64,000 nucleotides of DNA, taken from contig CM022674.1 in the NCBI GenBank assembly GCA_012295275.1, positions 2,666,001 through 2,730,000 of the forward strand. The letters run 5' to 3'. A program made the translations under genes and the position numbers. Of this stretch, positions 1 through 18,942 are shown one piece after another; the stretch's first letter is position 1; every line of letters begins with the position of its first letter. Source of the DNA: Chrysomallon squamiferum (Eukaryota; Animalia; Mollusca). The notes below the pieces were generated by a model. The model worked only from the letters and a program-made list of their open reading frames with translations, ran no database searches and had not been told where the DNA came from.

Positions 1-1326
1 AAGTATTTTTCAAAAGGATGCTTGTAATTTGTGGATTATGTTGGGGAGAAAAAGGAAAATGGAAATAGGAAGAAAGAAAGTGCTGATGAAATGAAATGGT
101 GGTTAGGGGTTTCTGGGAGAAGATAGAAGGTATTTAAAAAGAGAAATTTAAAACTTGTTGCTTGTCAAGCGAACTTGGGAATTCTCAAAACTCAGCTTGT
201 GGGAAAAAAAAAAAAAAAAAAAAAAAAATAAAAAATTATTAAAAAAAATGAGAAATAAACAGTTTTAATGACATGGAAACAAAACCTGTTGGAGAAGAAA
301 CATATTTCCAAAAATAAAATCTGGAGATTTTGGAACATTTTATATTTCAAATGTGTCTAGGGAGAAAAATGTAAAATTACAAATATTAAAATTGGTACTC
401 ACTTCTTTCTTTCTTTCTTTTTTTTTCTTTTTTTTTTTGTTCTTTTGAAATAAAAAATGTTTTCTTTAAAAATACAAATGAATATTTTTATCACAAAAGA
501 TTTCTTTATATAATAAAAGGTTCTTAAAAGAAAAAGAACGGAGCTTGTGCATCAATAGCTACAACTGCATTACCTAAAATAACAACAACAACAACAACAT
601 AAATCTCAGCAACGACATTAACGAAATAAACGTCAGCAACAACACTAAGAATATTAATATTTAAAAACCAGACATTCACACGTACATTCAGCTACAAAAG
701 AAACAAAACATAAGTAATAATATTAATATTAATATTAATAATAATAAACACAAAGGCACAAATCTGAATGAAAAAATAAATAAAGCAGTGAACAGGTATT
801 ACAAGAAAACAAACGCCCACCAATAAAAAACGAAAGAAAAATCAAATCAAATAGAGCTCCGACGACGATGACGAAAACACGCGACATTCCGATTAATAAC
901 CATCGTAATTGTTACTCCGATCCATACAGCGGAAATCGGTTATAAATGATATATTTCAGAGAACAATTGTAGTATACTAAAGTGCATTATAAACTATTAC
1001 TAAATCAGTTTAATTGTTGTTGTTTTTGTTTTTTTGTTCTTATGTTTTATTACGGATTTGTCCGATGACGTTATACATAGTCATTGCTAACTGTGACGTC
1101 ATTTTCATTGTTGAACGGATATCAAAAGCCGAACTTCAAGTAATTTTAACTAGCACTGATTTTCATCGAAATACAGGGACGTGGTTATTATATTCTGACA
1201 TTTAAGAACGATTATTTTTTCATTTTTGAAGGAAAAATTTATAAGGTAAATTATGCATATTAATTTGGTTTTCGCTTTAGCATTAACGTGTAATTTAAAT
1301 GTTTATTATTAATAATAATAATGTAA

Positions 1327-1379
<53 letters not shown>

Positions 1380-1542
1380 TTAAATAATTAGTTATTACCG
1401 GTAATAAAATTAAATTTAAAACAGTTATCTAAAACACACATACAAAAACAAAAAACAACAACAGCAAAATCAAAATATTATTGACTAACAAATCGTACTA
1501 ATGCAGATAAATATTGTATTTAATTATCTACGTATCTACCTT

Positions 1543-1603
<61 letters not shown>

Positions 1604-1702
1604 GTCTATATATATATATATATATATATAGTGCCTACTTATTTATTTTAATTTAACATAATTCAATATATTTGTTTGTTTGTTTAATCTATTTTTTTAG
1701 AC

Positions 1703-7961
<6,259 letters not shown>

Positions 7962-9082
7962 AACAATGCATTTATTATACAACGTTCTGTGGTATTAGTT
8001 AAACAGTACAAAACATGCTGTTTTAACGTTACTTTGGAATTTTGATGAATATGGATTGATTTTGTAAGCTTCAGTTCTTAATATCTGTATTGTTTATTAC
8101 TGATGATAAGCAGTTTTATATACAGGGATCCCGAATGTTAATGCTAAAAATGTTATTTGATGTTTCTGTAATATACAGATATATGGTACTTGTCTTACAG
8201 ATTGTTTCAAAGATGCCTTTCGAATTTTACTTAACATGGAATGATTTTGTAACAGTGAATTCGTAATATCTTTTTTGTAAATTTACCATAATTGTTTTTG
8301 TTTAATTCTTCTTCTTCTTCTTCTTCTTATTATTATTATACAATTTTTTTTTTTCATTTTTTTAGAATGAACAACTCAAAAGCGTAATTAGACATTTCTG
8401 TAAAAACAGAAAATATATTTCTAGCTATGAATCACTGATACAGGTACAGGATACGTAACGTTTTTGTAATGTGATCCTAAGTATTAGAAGTATTCAGTAA
8501 ACAGAACATTTGTATATAGCGATTTTTTTAACATACCGAATATATATATTGTTAAAGTTTATCCTTAACATGCATGCTGTACAGGATTACTGTTAAATAC
8601 GTTTTTATTGAATGAATCATTTGAATTGACATCGTATGTGATACAGAAATTTATTCAAGCGGTGGTAATATTTATTTAAACGATTTTATTTTGCAAGACG
8701 GTGATGGACATCAAAATTTATTACGTAAGATTTGTCTGATGTCTGGAGTGTTTGGTATTGATTAAGGAATAGATTCTGGCTTTCAGGTGATGTGTGTTTT
8801 TAAAACTTCTTTAAATAATTTATTTCTGAAAAAAAAAATATATAATTAAAAATATGAATATGTAGATTAGTAAAAGAATAAAAATAATTATAAAATAAAA
8901 CAATATTTCGAGTTAGCCGTCTTTTCTGTATCCACCAGACTCTCTCAGTCTGTTTGTACTTCTTGCATACTCAGTTTTCTCACACACACATTCTCGCGTT
9001 CTTGTTGTTATAAGCATGTAAGAGAACATAGTTATATATAGTTAAATACAGAAAAATAGCAAACCAGAGACAAAACTTAAAG

Positions 9083-9195
<113 letters not shown>

Positions 9196-9261
9196 TAAAT
9201 GAGTATTAAAATCTTTACGACGCTCAATTATTGCATGGTTAAATAATGTTTGCAACTCTAG

Positions 9262-10193
9262 TTAATCTATATAAAATTCCTCTAGAATTCTTTCATTACC
9301 ACTTACGTGTTTTACTGGGTTTAACGAGTCCCCGTTTGGAGGATAACCACACATGCAGACGTTGTCGATGCAGTGTAGGCTGTGGGTGTCTGCACACTCG
9401 CAGTTGTGGTGCGTCGTCGACTCATACCATTCTCTACAACGTCTGCTGCTCATGCATACAACTGAAAACAGCAACAGCAGCTACAGAGAATGTAACGTTG
9501 GCAGAGGTAATAGTAGTAGCAGAAGTAGTAGCAGTAGTGATAGAGTTGTAGATGTGGTAGTTATAGTAGTAGAGTTAGTAGTAAATACAGAAATAGTAGT
9601 AGTAGCGTGTCAGTTGTAGTAGCAGTATTAGTAAAAATAGTAGTAGTAATAATAGAAGTAGCAGCAGTAGTGATAGAGTAGTAGTAGTAGTAGTTGTAGA
9701 AATAGTATCATTAGAGTAATAATACTAAATAAATTAATTAATTAATTAATTAATTAATAATAAATAAACAAATAGATAAATAAATAGACAGACTGATAGA
9801 GAGAAAGAGAAAGAGAACGAGATATAAAGAAACACAAAGAAACAATCAATCAAACAAACAAACAAACAAACAAATAAATAAATAAATAAACAACTAACTA
9901 AATAAATAAACATATAGATAAATAAATAGACAGACTGATAGAAAGAGAGTGAGATTTAAACAACCCCAAAGAAACAATCAATCAAACAAACAAACAAACA
10001 AACGAGTAAATAAATAAACAACTAAATCAATAAAGAAGTACCTCCAACATTTTCGCCATCAGTACAGGTGTGGTCAATGACGCACGTGCACTTCCGGTCA
10101 AGATCGCACACAAGAACTCCTCCGGCTATGCACTCCGTAAAAGTGCAGTCTTCTACCACCAAACAGTTCTCAGCGAAAACTGTTAACAATGAC

Positions 10194-10270
<77 letters not shown>

Positions 10271-10272
10271 TG

Positions 10273-10309
<37 letters not shown>

Positions 10310-10751
10310 CAACAACAACAATAATAATAATAATAATAATAATAAAAGCAACTGTGTCGTTCTTTCATGTGATAAGATTCGTTGAAAATAATAACTAACA
10401 AAAGCACTATGTTGTTCTTTCATGTGATAAGATTCGTTGAAAATAGCAACTAACAAAGAACACGAAATTTTCTCCCTTCTTACAGACATCCGTCTTTCAG
10501 ATAACTTCACCATAAAAAAAAATCAACACGATAATACCAGTCAATTTTAATAGATATAAATATGTTCAGTGGCGCCCCCTATTTAGTGGGGCTCAAAGAA
10601 CACGTGACATACTTGATGCCATACCTTAGGTACGCCAGTTAGAATATCTGAAAGAAAAAAAAGAAAGAAAGTTAAAAAATACATCAGAGTCATTACCTGA
10701 TACCGAGAATAGTGCCAGGAGAAAAACTGACAAAACGTGTTCGATCAACAT
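9262..10751 (-). CDS. Secreted cysteine-rich protein, cvSI/I84-like protease inhibitor, paralog A
   Basis: Exons 10751-10697 (signal peptide MLIEHVLSVFLLALFSVS), 10179-10042 and 9461-9262, all phase 1. Product continues VFA-ENCLVVEDCTFTECIAGGVLVCDLDRKCTCVIDHTCTDGENVGVVCMSSRRCREWYESTTHHNCECADTHSLHCIDNVCMCGYPPN. The C-terminus after PPN is uncertain because there is a possible donor CAC|gtaagt near 9305. Confidence 0.85.
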
Positions 10752-11101
10752 TTTCATTTAACAGAATAAAGTGTAGAAATAATCGACACTGTAACACGTT
10801 TGTTATCGAGAGAAAAGGACATTTGTTGTTTTATCATTAATCTTTTTTTTTTTTTTTTTTTTTTCAACTTTTTTTTTTCTTAGATAAGAAAAACTTATCT
10901 TGTTTGCACGTGGAAAAGAAAGAGGTCACGTCATCTAATCTGAATTCAAACACACACACACACACAAGCACAAATGTATACTAAAAAATAAATAAAATAT
11001 CTCACAACCAAAAAAAAAAAAAAATAAAATAAAAATATAAATAAAAAAAATAAATAAAAAAATAAATAAATGAATAAATAAATAAAAATAAACAAAAATA
11101 G

Positions 11102-11139
<38 letters not shown>

Positions 11140-11471
11140 TAGATAGACAGACAGACAGATGACAGACGACAGACAGACAGACAGACAGACAGATACATCT
11201 TAAAGAAAAAAAAAAGATAAATTAAAAAAAAAAAAATACAATACTAGGTAAATAGATGAATGGATTTAAAAGTGATCGAACAAGAAGATGAAGACGAAGA
11301 AAAAAACGCCTCAACATAAAAATATACACAGCGATAAAACATTCTTTAAAAAATAAAACAAAACTAATTATTTTATCAGCAGTTAGCAGTTTAAATAGTA
11401 ACAACACGTGTCATAGTTTGATTTATTTCTCACGTTTAAACACTTTTTCAGATACCTCTAATACTTACGCG

Positions 11472-12821
11472 ATGCACCAACTTCTTGGATTTGTGTTTGT
11501 GGTATATTTGATATATATCTCATCTACGTGTGAGTAAAATGACATTCATAGAAAGAAATTTCTCAGTTGTCTACGTTTACGATGTTAAATAAGTTTGGCA
11601 GTTTTGTCGATAACTTGAACATTGGCTGTAAGGGTGTCATATGATTTTGGCTCCTTCCTTTTTGTAAACTATTGAAATATTTATTTCTGCTGTTTCTGTC
11701 GTTCGTCTTATGCATTGCGATTCTTTCTGCCAGTAACTGCTGTGTTTTTGAGTACTGGAATAATTCTGTATTAGTCCTGAATCTAAAGGAACAAACATAT
11801 ATTTACTAGATTTTTGTTTATTAGTATTATTGTTATCATTATTGTTATTATTATTATTATTATTATTAGCAAAACTGGCAATACTATCAGTATCACAAGC
11901 AGTAAAAGTAACAACAGCAGTATAAGTAGCAGTAGTAGTAACAGTAGAAGTGGTAATAGCAGTAGTAACAGTAGTTGTAATAGCTGTAGTAGTAGTAGTA
12001 ACAGTAGTCGTAGTAGCTGTAGTAGTGGAAGTAGTAATACTAGTAGTAGTTGTTGTTGTTGTAGTAGTAGTAGAAGTAGTAGTCGTGGTGGTAGTATCAC
12101 AGTTTTCATCACTGTTTATTTATTAACAGGCTGTCGTAGTGAAAGCTGTCTTACTGTCCGTGACTGTACCGTGACGTCGTGTACGAAGGGCGGAACGTTG
12201 ATGTGCACGCACGAAGGACAGTGCACGTGTGGAATTCTGTGCAAAGACGGAACCAACTACCGTACACAAATTTTCCTTTCATTTAAAATAAGCAGTCGTT
12301 TGTTTTCATCCTGTTAGTAGCCTAATTCAATAACGTCTTGCTTTTAATGATCTCAATGGCCTATATGGATATATAAAAATACACACACAAACACTCACAC
12401 ACAGACATACATATACACAGGTATATACTTTGTACGAAAAATACGAGCAACTTTGTAGATAAAAAATTGTCCGTCTTACGAATGGGCAACAAAGCCCGGA
12501 TAAAATCGGCATTCTAACCTTCGATGAAGGATAGGTTAACACAGTAACTAACTATTCTCTAAATATATTTGTCTGCATATGCATGCATTCAAACACACTC
12601 ACACGCACGCACACACACACACACACGCACACACACACTTCCATATTTTAACTTGTAATTTTATTTGAACAGAACACAGATGTGGAATAAATCCAAACGT
12701 TCCTGACAGTGCGGAGTGTCAGATCTGGTACGAGTACGAAGCCGAACACCCGTGTGAGTGCGAAGACGGACATCTTCACTGCATCGACGGGTACTGCCAC
12801 TGCGGCTACCCACCCAATTAA
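11472..12821 (+). CDS. Secreted cysteine-rich protein, cvSI/I84-like protease inhibitor, paralog B
   Basis: Exons 11472-11529, 12130-12261, 12673-12821 (phase 1). Product MHQLLGFVFVVYLIYISSTCCRS-ESCLTVRDCTVTSCTKGGTLMCTHEGQCTCGILCKDGTNYQHRCGINPNVPDSAECQIWYEYEAEHPCECEDGHLHCIDGYCHCGYPPN*. AATAAA near 12878. Confidence 0.87.
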
Positions 12822-13798
12822 CAACCCGTTCCACCCGTTTGTCTTTATCTGTGTATTTATGGTGTCAGTTAATTAATAATAAATATTTCATTGTTTTATT
12901 TTCTTTATTTTTTTTTTTTATTGTTGTTATAAAAGATTATTGTATAAGCTGAGGTTTTATGCATAAACGAAAAAGGTAAATGATACTCGTCCTTATATTT
13001 CTGATACCAACAACAACAACAACAACAACAATAGCAGTAACAACAATAATAACAACAACAATAACAATAACAATAACGACAGAAACAGTTATTATAACAA
13101 TAGTAATAACAACACCACTACGAATAACAATAATAACAATAATAATATTAATAACAACAACAACAACAGTAATAATAACTGTAATCATGATGAAGATAAT
13201 AGGAAAAACTTTGACCTTTTAAATAATTAGGGTCAGATAAAAGGGATTAAAAAAATAATAAGAATAAAACATAAAAGACTGTTATATTACAGAAACTAGT
13301 AGTATAAAAAAACCAAAAAAAAAAAAACCTCAAAAAACATAATGATACTTGACATTATGTAAGTATACAATAATAATGAACACTTGTTTATTTTCTGTGC
13401 TTAAAACATATATCAACGACCTTTCACCGTTTAGACCGTAAAGCTAGCGATTAATAAATTTCAAGATCAGTCCTGATAAACACCACCAATGGCACAGTAC
13501 TATTCTCCCCCCCAACTTATGAGAAGGTGGGTACAAACGATTCCTTATTGCTAATCCAAAACGTAATAGCGCGTCACGTGGCCGAACTACATCACGTGAC
13601 GACAGTGGGTTTTCCTTTCTCGTTATCTTTGTTGTTCTCAGTACTGTGACGTCATATAATCGTAGATTCATGGCCGTACGAGAATTACGTGAGAGAACCA
13701 TCTGTTTATTTCCGATTACGGGAACATGGCAGATAAAATAAAAAGAGACACAGTTATTATAGATTTAGTTTTCAGTGCTGGAACCTCATCGAATTATC

Positions 13799-14081
13799 AT
13801 GAATCGAATCACTTTGTTGTGCGTTTTCCTTGTGCTGGTTTGCGGTATGTATGTGATTCTGTATTTCGGTATTTTAAATTGTTATTGTTGTTGTGGTTTT
13901 CATTGTTTTTACACTGTTGCTGTTGTTGTTGTTATTGTTACTGTTATTATTTGTATTATTCAATTTTTCTTTATTAACAACAACAACAATAACAATAATA
14001 ATAACAATCATTATTATTACTATTATTATTATTATTATTATTATTATTCGTCTTCTTTTTCTTGTAATTCGTATTTTCTTT

Positions 14082-14157
<76 letters not shown>

Positions 14158-14811
14158 CTTCTTCTTTTTTTTGTGCATTTTTTGCATTTTTTATGTAATA
14201 TTATTTTTAATCATCATGATCTCTCCTTCATCAATTTTTCCTATTTTATAAATTTTTCTAATTCTAAAACTTGCTGTTACTATACATTTTCTTCAGGTTC
14301 TTCTTCTTCTTCTTCTTCTATTTATTTATTTTGTTTCTCCATTTCATTCTCCTCGGAATTTTACATCAAACTAAACTATAACCTATAATAACTAATAAAA
14401 AAACACAAAAAAAACACACACACAACAACGTAGAGGTTGTAAATAAACTGCAATTATTCTGTATATATAAAGATGCTGCGTGTTTCTACTCTTATTTCAG
14501 TGTATGCTGAGGACTGCAACGATGTCGGGGACTGCACGATAACAGGCTGCGAACACGGCGGAACTCTCGTCTGCGACGTCGACGGAAAATGTACTTGCGA
14601 CAGCGGCCACGACTGCCACGACGGAGAGGACTTAGGGGGTACGACGTTACATAAATAGTCCAGACAAGATACGTGAGAAAATAAGTTTGAAAATTGAAAA
14701 GAATTTTACTAGTTCAGTATTCAAATAAACTGTGAAGTAATTGGTTAATGTATTTTATTTTTCTGATAATAAACATGATAAACATGATGTATATATAATA
14801 ATAATAATAAC

Positions 14812-14872
<61 letters not shown>

Positions 14873-15858
14873 TATCGTTTGAGCGACTAGGATATTAATA
14901 ACGTTATGGGTTAGACCTTATTCTTTTCTTCTTTTTCTTTTTTTTCTTCTATACGTTATAACACAAAATCCACTATTAATAATTTTATCGCAAACATTCA
15001 TTTCACATAAAAGGTTTGCTCGTAATTCGATGAATTGGACGTATCGGCTTACCTTATTTTGCCAACATCTATTTATAAACACTGTAGACCGGATATTCTT
15101 TCAGTTAAGTGTAGTCTTGATAAACAAAACCTCGAGTCTCGCTGTCCCAGTATCGTAAAACTGATCGTGACCATTCGGATTATCTCGACCGAATACGCGG
15201 ACAAATCCGAACCTACCCGAATGTAGCTTCTGTCGTCTGCTTTGCGGTGGCCCATATTTACTGGCCCAAATTTATTTTTCCGGCAAGTAATAATCACATA
15301 GACAGTCAGACTGTTTCATCTTTGTCCACACACACACACACACACATATATATAATATTCGTACTTCATCATCATAAAGTGTTGTATTTGAATATCGCTG
15401 TATCGTGTATTTCAGTTCACTGCAGAAGCAGTCACCGATGCAAAGACTGGTACGAGTCGGCTCACTATCACAAATGTGAATGCGCAGACACACACAACTT
15501 GCACTGCATTGACGGGCTCTGCAGATGTGGTTACCCACCGAACTGTAAGATATCACTGTATTTGTCGTAGTAAACTGATTATAACTGTTTTGACCTCTCC
15601 TGGTTAATTTCTGTGATGTAGAATGTATTAATGCATTCTGTTACTGAGATATAATATAATTTTATGTAATATAATGTAATATAAGATGATATAATATAAT
15701 ATAATATGATATAACATGATCTAGTAGGATATATGATATGATATGATATGATATGATATGATATAATATAATGTAATCTAATATGACAGAAATATCGATT
15801 CAAGATAACAGAAATACTTTTATATTAATATATCAAAATAATTTTAACACAGAATGTC

Positions 15859-15891
<33 letters not shown>

Positions 15892-15964
15892 GTGTGTGTG
15901 TGCACGCGCGCGCTTGTATATACACACATATGTATAGAAATTAACATGTTTTTTTGTTTCAGAA
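13799..15964 (+). CDS. Secreted cysteine-rich protein, cvSI/I84-like protease inhibitor, paralog C
   Basis: Exons 13799-13844, 14501-14638, 15416-15544, with the stop completed at 15963-15964. Product MNRITLLCVFLVLVCVYA-EDCNDVGDCTITGCEHGGTLVCDVDGKCTCDSGHDCHDGEDLGVHCRSSHRCKDWYESAHYHKCECADTHNLHCIDGLCRCGYPPN*. Exon 2 is 138 nt, the same length as in paralog A. Confidence 0.88.
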
Positions 15965-16227
15965 CGTGGTTTTTGGACCAAGGATTTTCATCTAACAAAA
16001 CAGTTTAGTAACAACTGATTCCTGAAATATTCATTTTCTTCTTTGTCTTTTCTTCTCTCTGACTGATTGTGGAAGCAGCAGATGCTTATAGGACATACAA
16101 GAATCACTGAATAGGATTTAAAAATTAATAATGAAAAATAGTATAAAATAATAATAATGAAAATAATAATAATAATGATGTATTATTATTATTTTTATTA
16201 TTTTTGTTACTGTTGCTGTTGTTGTTG

Positions 16228-16265
<38 letters not shown>

Positions 16266-17577
16266 TTAACTGATACTTTAAATATAATGAATTGTTCTTT
16301 CATGATACTTTATTTTATTTATTTATTTAGTTTATTGTTGTATTTATGTTCTTATCTATAAATTAGGTATTTATTTATTTATTTATTTATTACTTTGCCC
16401 ATTTATTTCATTTTCATTGTTTTTTAATTATAGATTTATATATATATATATTTAAAATTTGTATTTATTTATTTATTCGTTTTATTTATTCATTCAAAAA
16501 TCATTTATTTACTAATTTATCGTTAATAATAATTCAACAACTTTCGCTCTATATTCCGTTGAAAATGTAACAGGATAAATATTATCAAAATCTCTGTTGT
16601 ATTTAATGTTTCCAGAATAAACAAAAGTTCACAATTTGACTGTGTTTTCTGCTCTGTGCTATTTGGTTTTTGAAATATTTAAATTTTGCTGTAGCATGTA
16701 AACTAACTGCTACAGTATCAATACGACAATCTTCTCTTTCTTTATGCAATGTCTGCCACGAATCATTTCTGTGCCACCTACAGGAGGACTGCCACTGTCA
16801 GAACTGCTACCAATAAGTTTATATTCCATCAGAATAACTCCTATTCCTCCTTTTTGTTCGATTATAGAATAATTATCAGATATTGTTTGTGTCACATGTA
16901 GGAAGACTTCCACTCATATTTTCTGTTCCTTCTATAGTATCTCTGTTTCTGTTCAGTCAATAGGAAGACAGCCACTCGGCCGTTTTGTTCCTCTGATGGC
17001 TGGGTTGACACTCATTCTTTGTTTCGTATGTAGGAGAACCATCATTCATTGTTTCTGCTACTCATCTTTTCAGCGGACCCAGAGTTTTATTGAGATCTGT
17101 ATTATAGACTTTTCATTTCTATGGTTCAAGTGCTGTGAAATAGTTTTATAGCATCAATATAATTAACTTTTCTGTAACAAATAATGTGGAATGAAACTAA
17201 CAGTACAAATATATTAGCAATTGTTGTTCATGCATAACTTTATTTATTTATTTATTTGTTTATTACTTAGCCTATTTTTCTTTTATCTTTTTGTTTGTTT
17301 GTTTGTTTGTTTTTATAATGACCTTAGTTGTTGTAGTCGGTGTATTCTGGTGTCATAACTAATCGTCTTAAAATACATCCGATTGAACAGGCTACAGACA
17401 ATTTACATTTCCATCTAACTGACATTCCAGATGTTTGCATATTTGTTTTTTGTACAATCAATGACCAGCAGTTGCTGCGGATTCATCAGTATGACATTTA
17501 GGGATTATATTTCTGTACAGTCCATTGCCGATAACTGAATCTACCAAAACACTTGATAATCTTCGACGAGATTAGTA

Positions 17578-18942
17578 CCATTGTGCCTACATCACATTTT
17601 GAATACAGCTTAATAAAAAATAATTAGGGTCCTTAATTGGGGACTAATTTTGCTAGAGTGATTATTACATTCTGCATGTTTCACTTGCCTACATGTAATA
17701 GTTTTGTCCAATACTGAAGACTGATAAACAAAGCAAAAGCAAATATTTTGTATACATCTTTTTTATTTTGTTTTATTTTTTTTTTTTTTTCAGTTTTCAT
17801 TGGTTAGTTGATTATATTATGTTTAATGTTCATAGGAGTTCACGCAGTTCCCACAGATCAGTGTTCACACTATTTAAGTTTAGCTTGATCAAATAATGTT
17901 CTACGGCATCCAAATCCTGCTTTGCGGTTATCCTGCCGGTCGTTAGGTGATCTTTGAGACGGACAAGGTGCTCATTCAGTGCCCTGTAGATCCGTCTTCT
18001 CTTTGATGGGGCTCCTTCAAGATTCACTTGAACTATTTCTGCACGGTCTGTAGTATCGACTTTCTGTGTGCATTAATCAACGTGAACAACCTACCATATG
18101 TATCCTTGGACTTCCAGTGTGTTGCTGCTACCTGACGACGAACATTGAGGCAGTACTGATATCCCTCAAGCAAAATTTGCTGTCCCCCCAGCCTGGCATG
18201 TGACACACTCCACTCGTTGAACGGCTGCCACGATGTAAGCATCCCTTGAACCTTGAACATTGAAAAAAATTAACGTGCTAATCAGAGCTAGCTGTTGTGA
18301 AGCACGTTTATGACGGGCAAGCTGTCTGACAGGTCAGCAGGTGTGTCCGTCGCAGGAAAGAGTTTTTGGGTAAGGTAAGAATGTGGGTTGTCGCTACGAT
18401 TGCAGGACACAAGGGAGTGTCCAGCATATCGGATCGTAACGAGTCAGTTCCGATGTTTCGTTGTTGTTTTCCGCTCCTTGTTGTTTCTGGCACTTGTCTT
18501 GCTCACTGAATGTCTCGTATTCGTCACCGGGTCCGTGTTGGTTGCGTCCTGTTTCTTTGTTCTCTCCTCGGCTGCTGTTGATGTTTCCTTGTTCTTTCTG
18601 GCTGCTTCCCTCTGATCCAACAATTCCAAACTTTCCTTTTTTTTGTTTTTTTTTTCCTTTTTTTTTTTCTTTTTTTTCCAATGGTGTTTTTATTGATTTA
18701 AAAGATGTTAAATACATCTGTAACTAAAAATAATAAGAACATGAACGTAATTAACTTATTTACATTTATTATGTACAGATTTAAATTCCGATGACCGGGT
18801 TAGCATGGATATTTTCATTTAAAGATAGGACCATTGCACTATACTGTGGGGCTACATCTTAACGTCCCAGTCTGCCTACAGACCCAGTGTAGGCAAACTG
18901 GGTTGTAGTCAAATTGGGATGTAGGCACAATGGGATGCATCC
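17578..18942 (-). mobile_element. Non-autonomous, internally deleted Mutator (MULE)/FLYWCH-type DNA transposon
   Basis: Imperfect inverted repeats ccattgtgcctacatcacattttgaatac (17578-17606) and gtagtcaaattgggatgtaggcacaatgg (18905-18933). Minus-strand remnants: FLYWCH-like RLGGQQILLEGYQYCLNVRRQVAATHWK (18033-18260) and a MULE C-terminus-like GAPSKRRRIYRALNEHLVRLKDHLTTGRITAKQDLDAV (17830-18027). No DDE core and no clear target-site duplication. Confidence 0.72.

Noticed and set aside
10625-10647. Possible micro-exon in intron 1 of inhibitor paralog A (ctttcag|ATATTC...AAG|gtatgg on minus)
   Set aside because: At 23 nt it would break the frame. Direct splicing of exon 1 to exon 2 already gives a clean signal peptide ending VFA.
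16720-17070. Weak repeats of taggaagac..ccactc...ttctgttcc and a 67-aa minus-strand ORF
   Set aside because: It looks like a decayed minisatellite with no coding or structural support.
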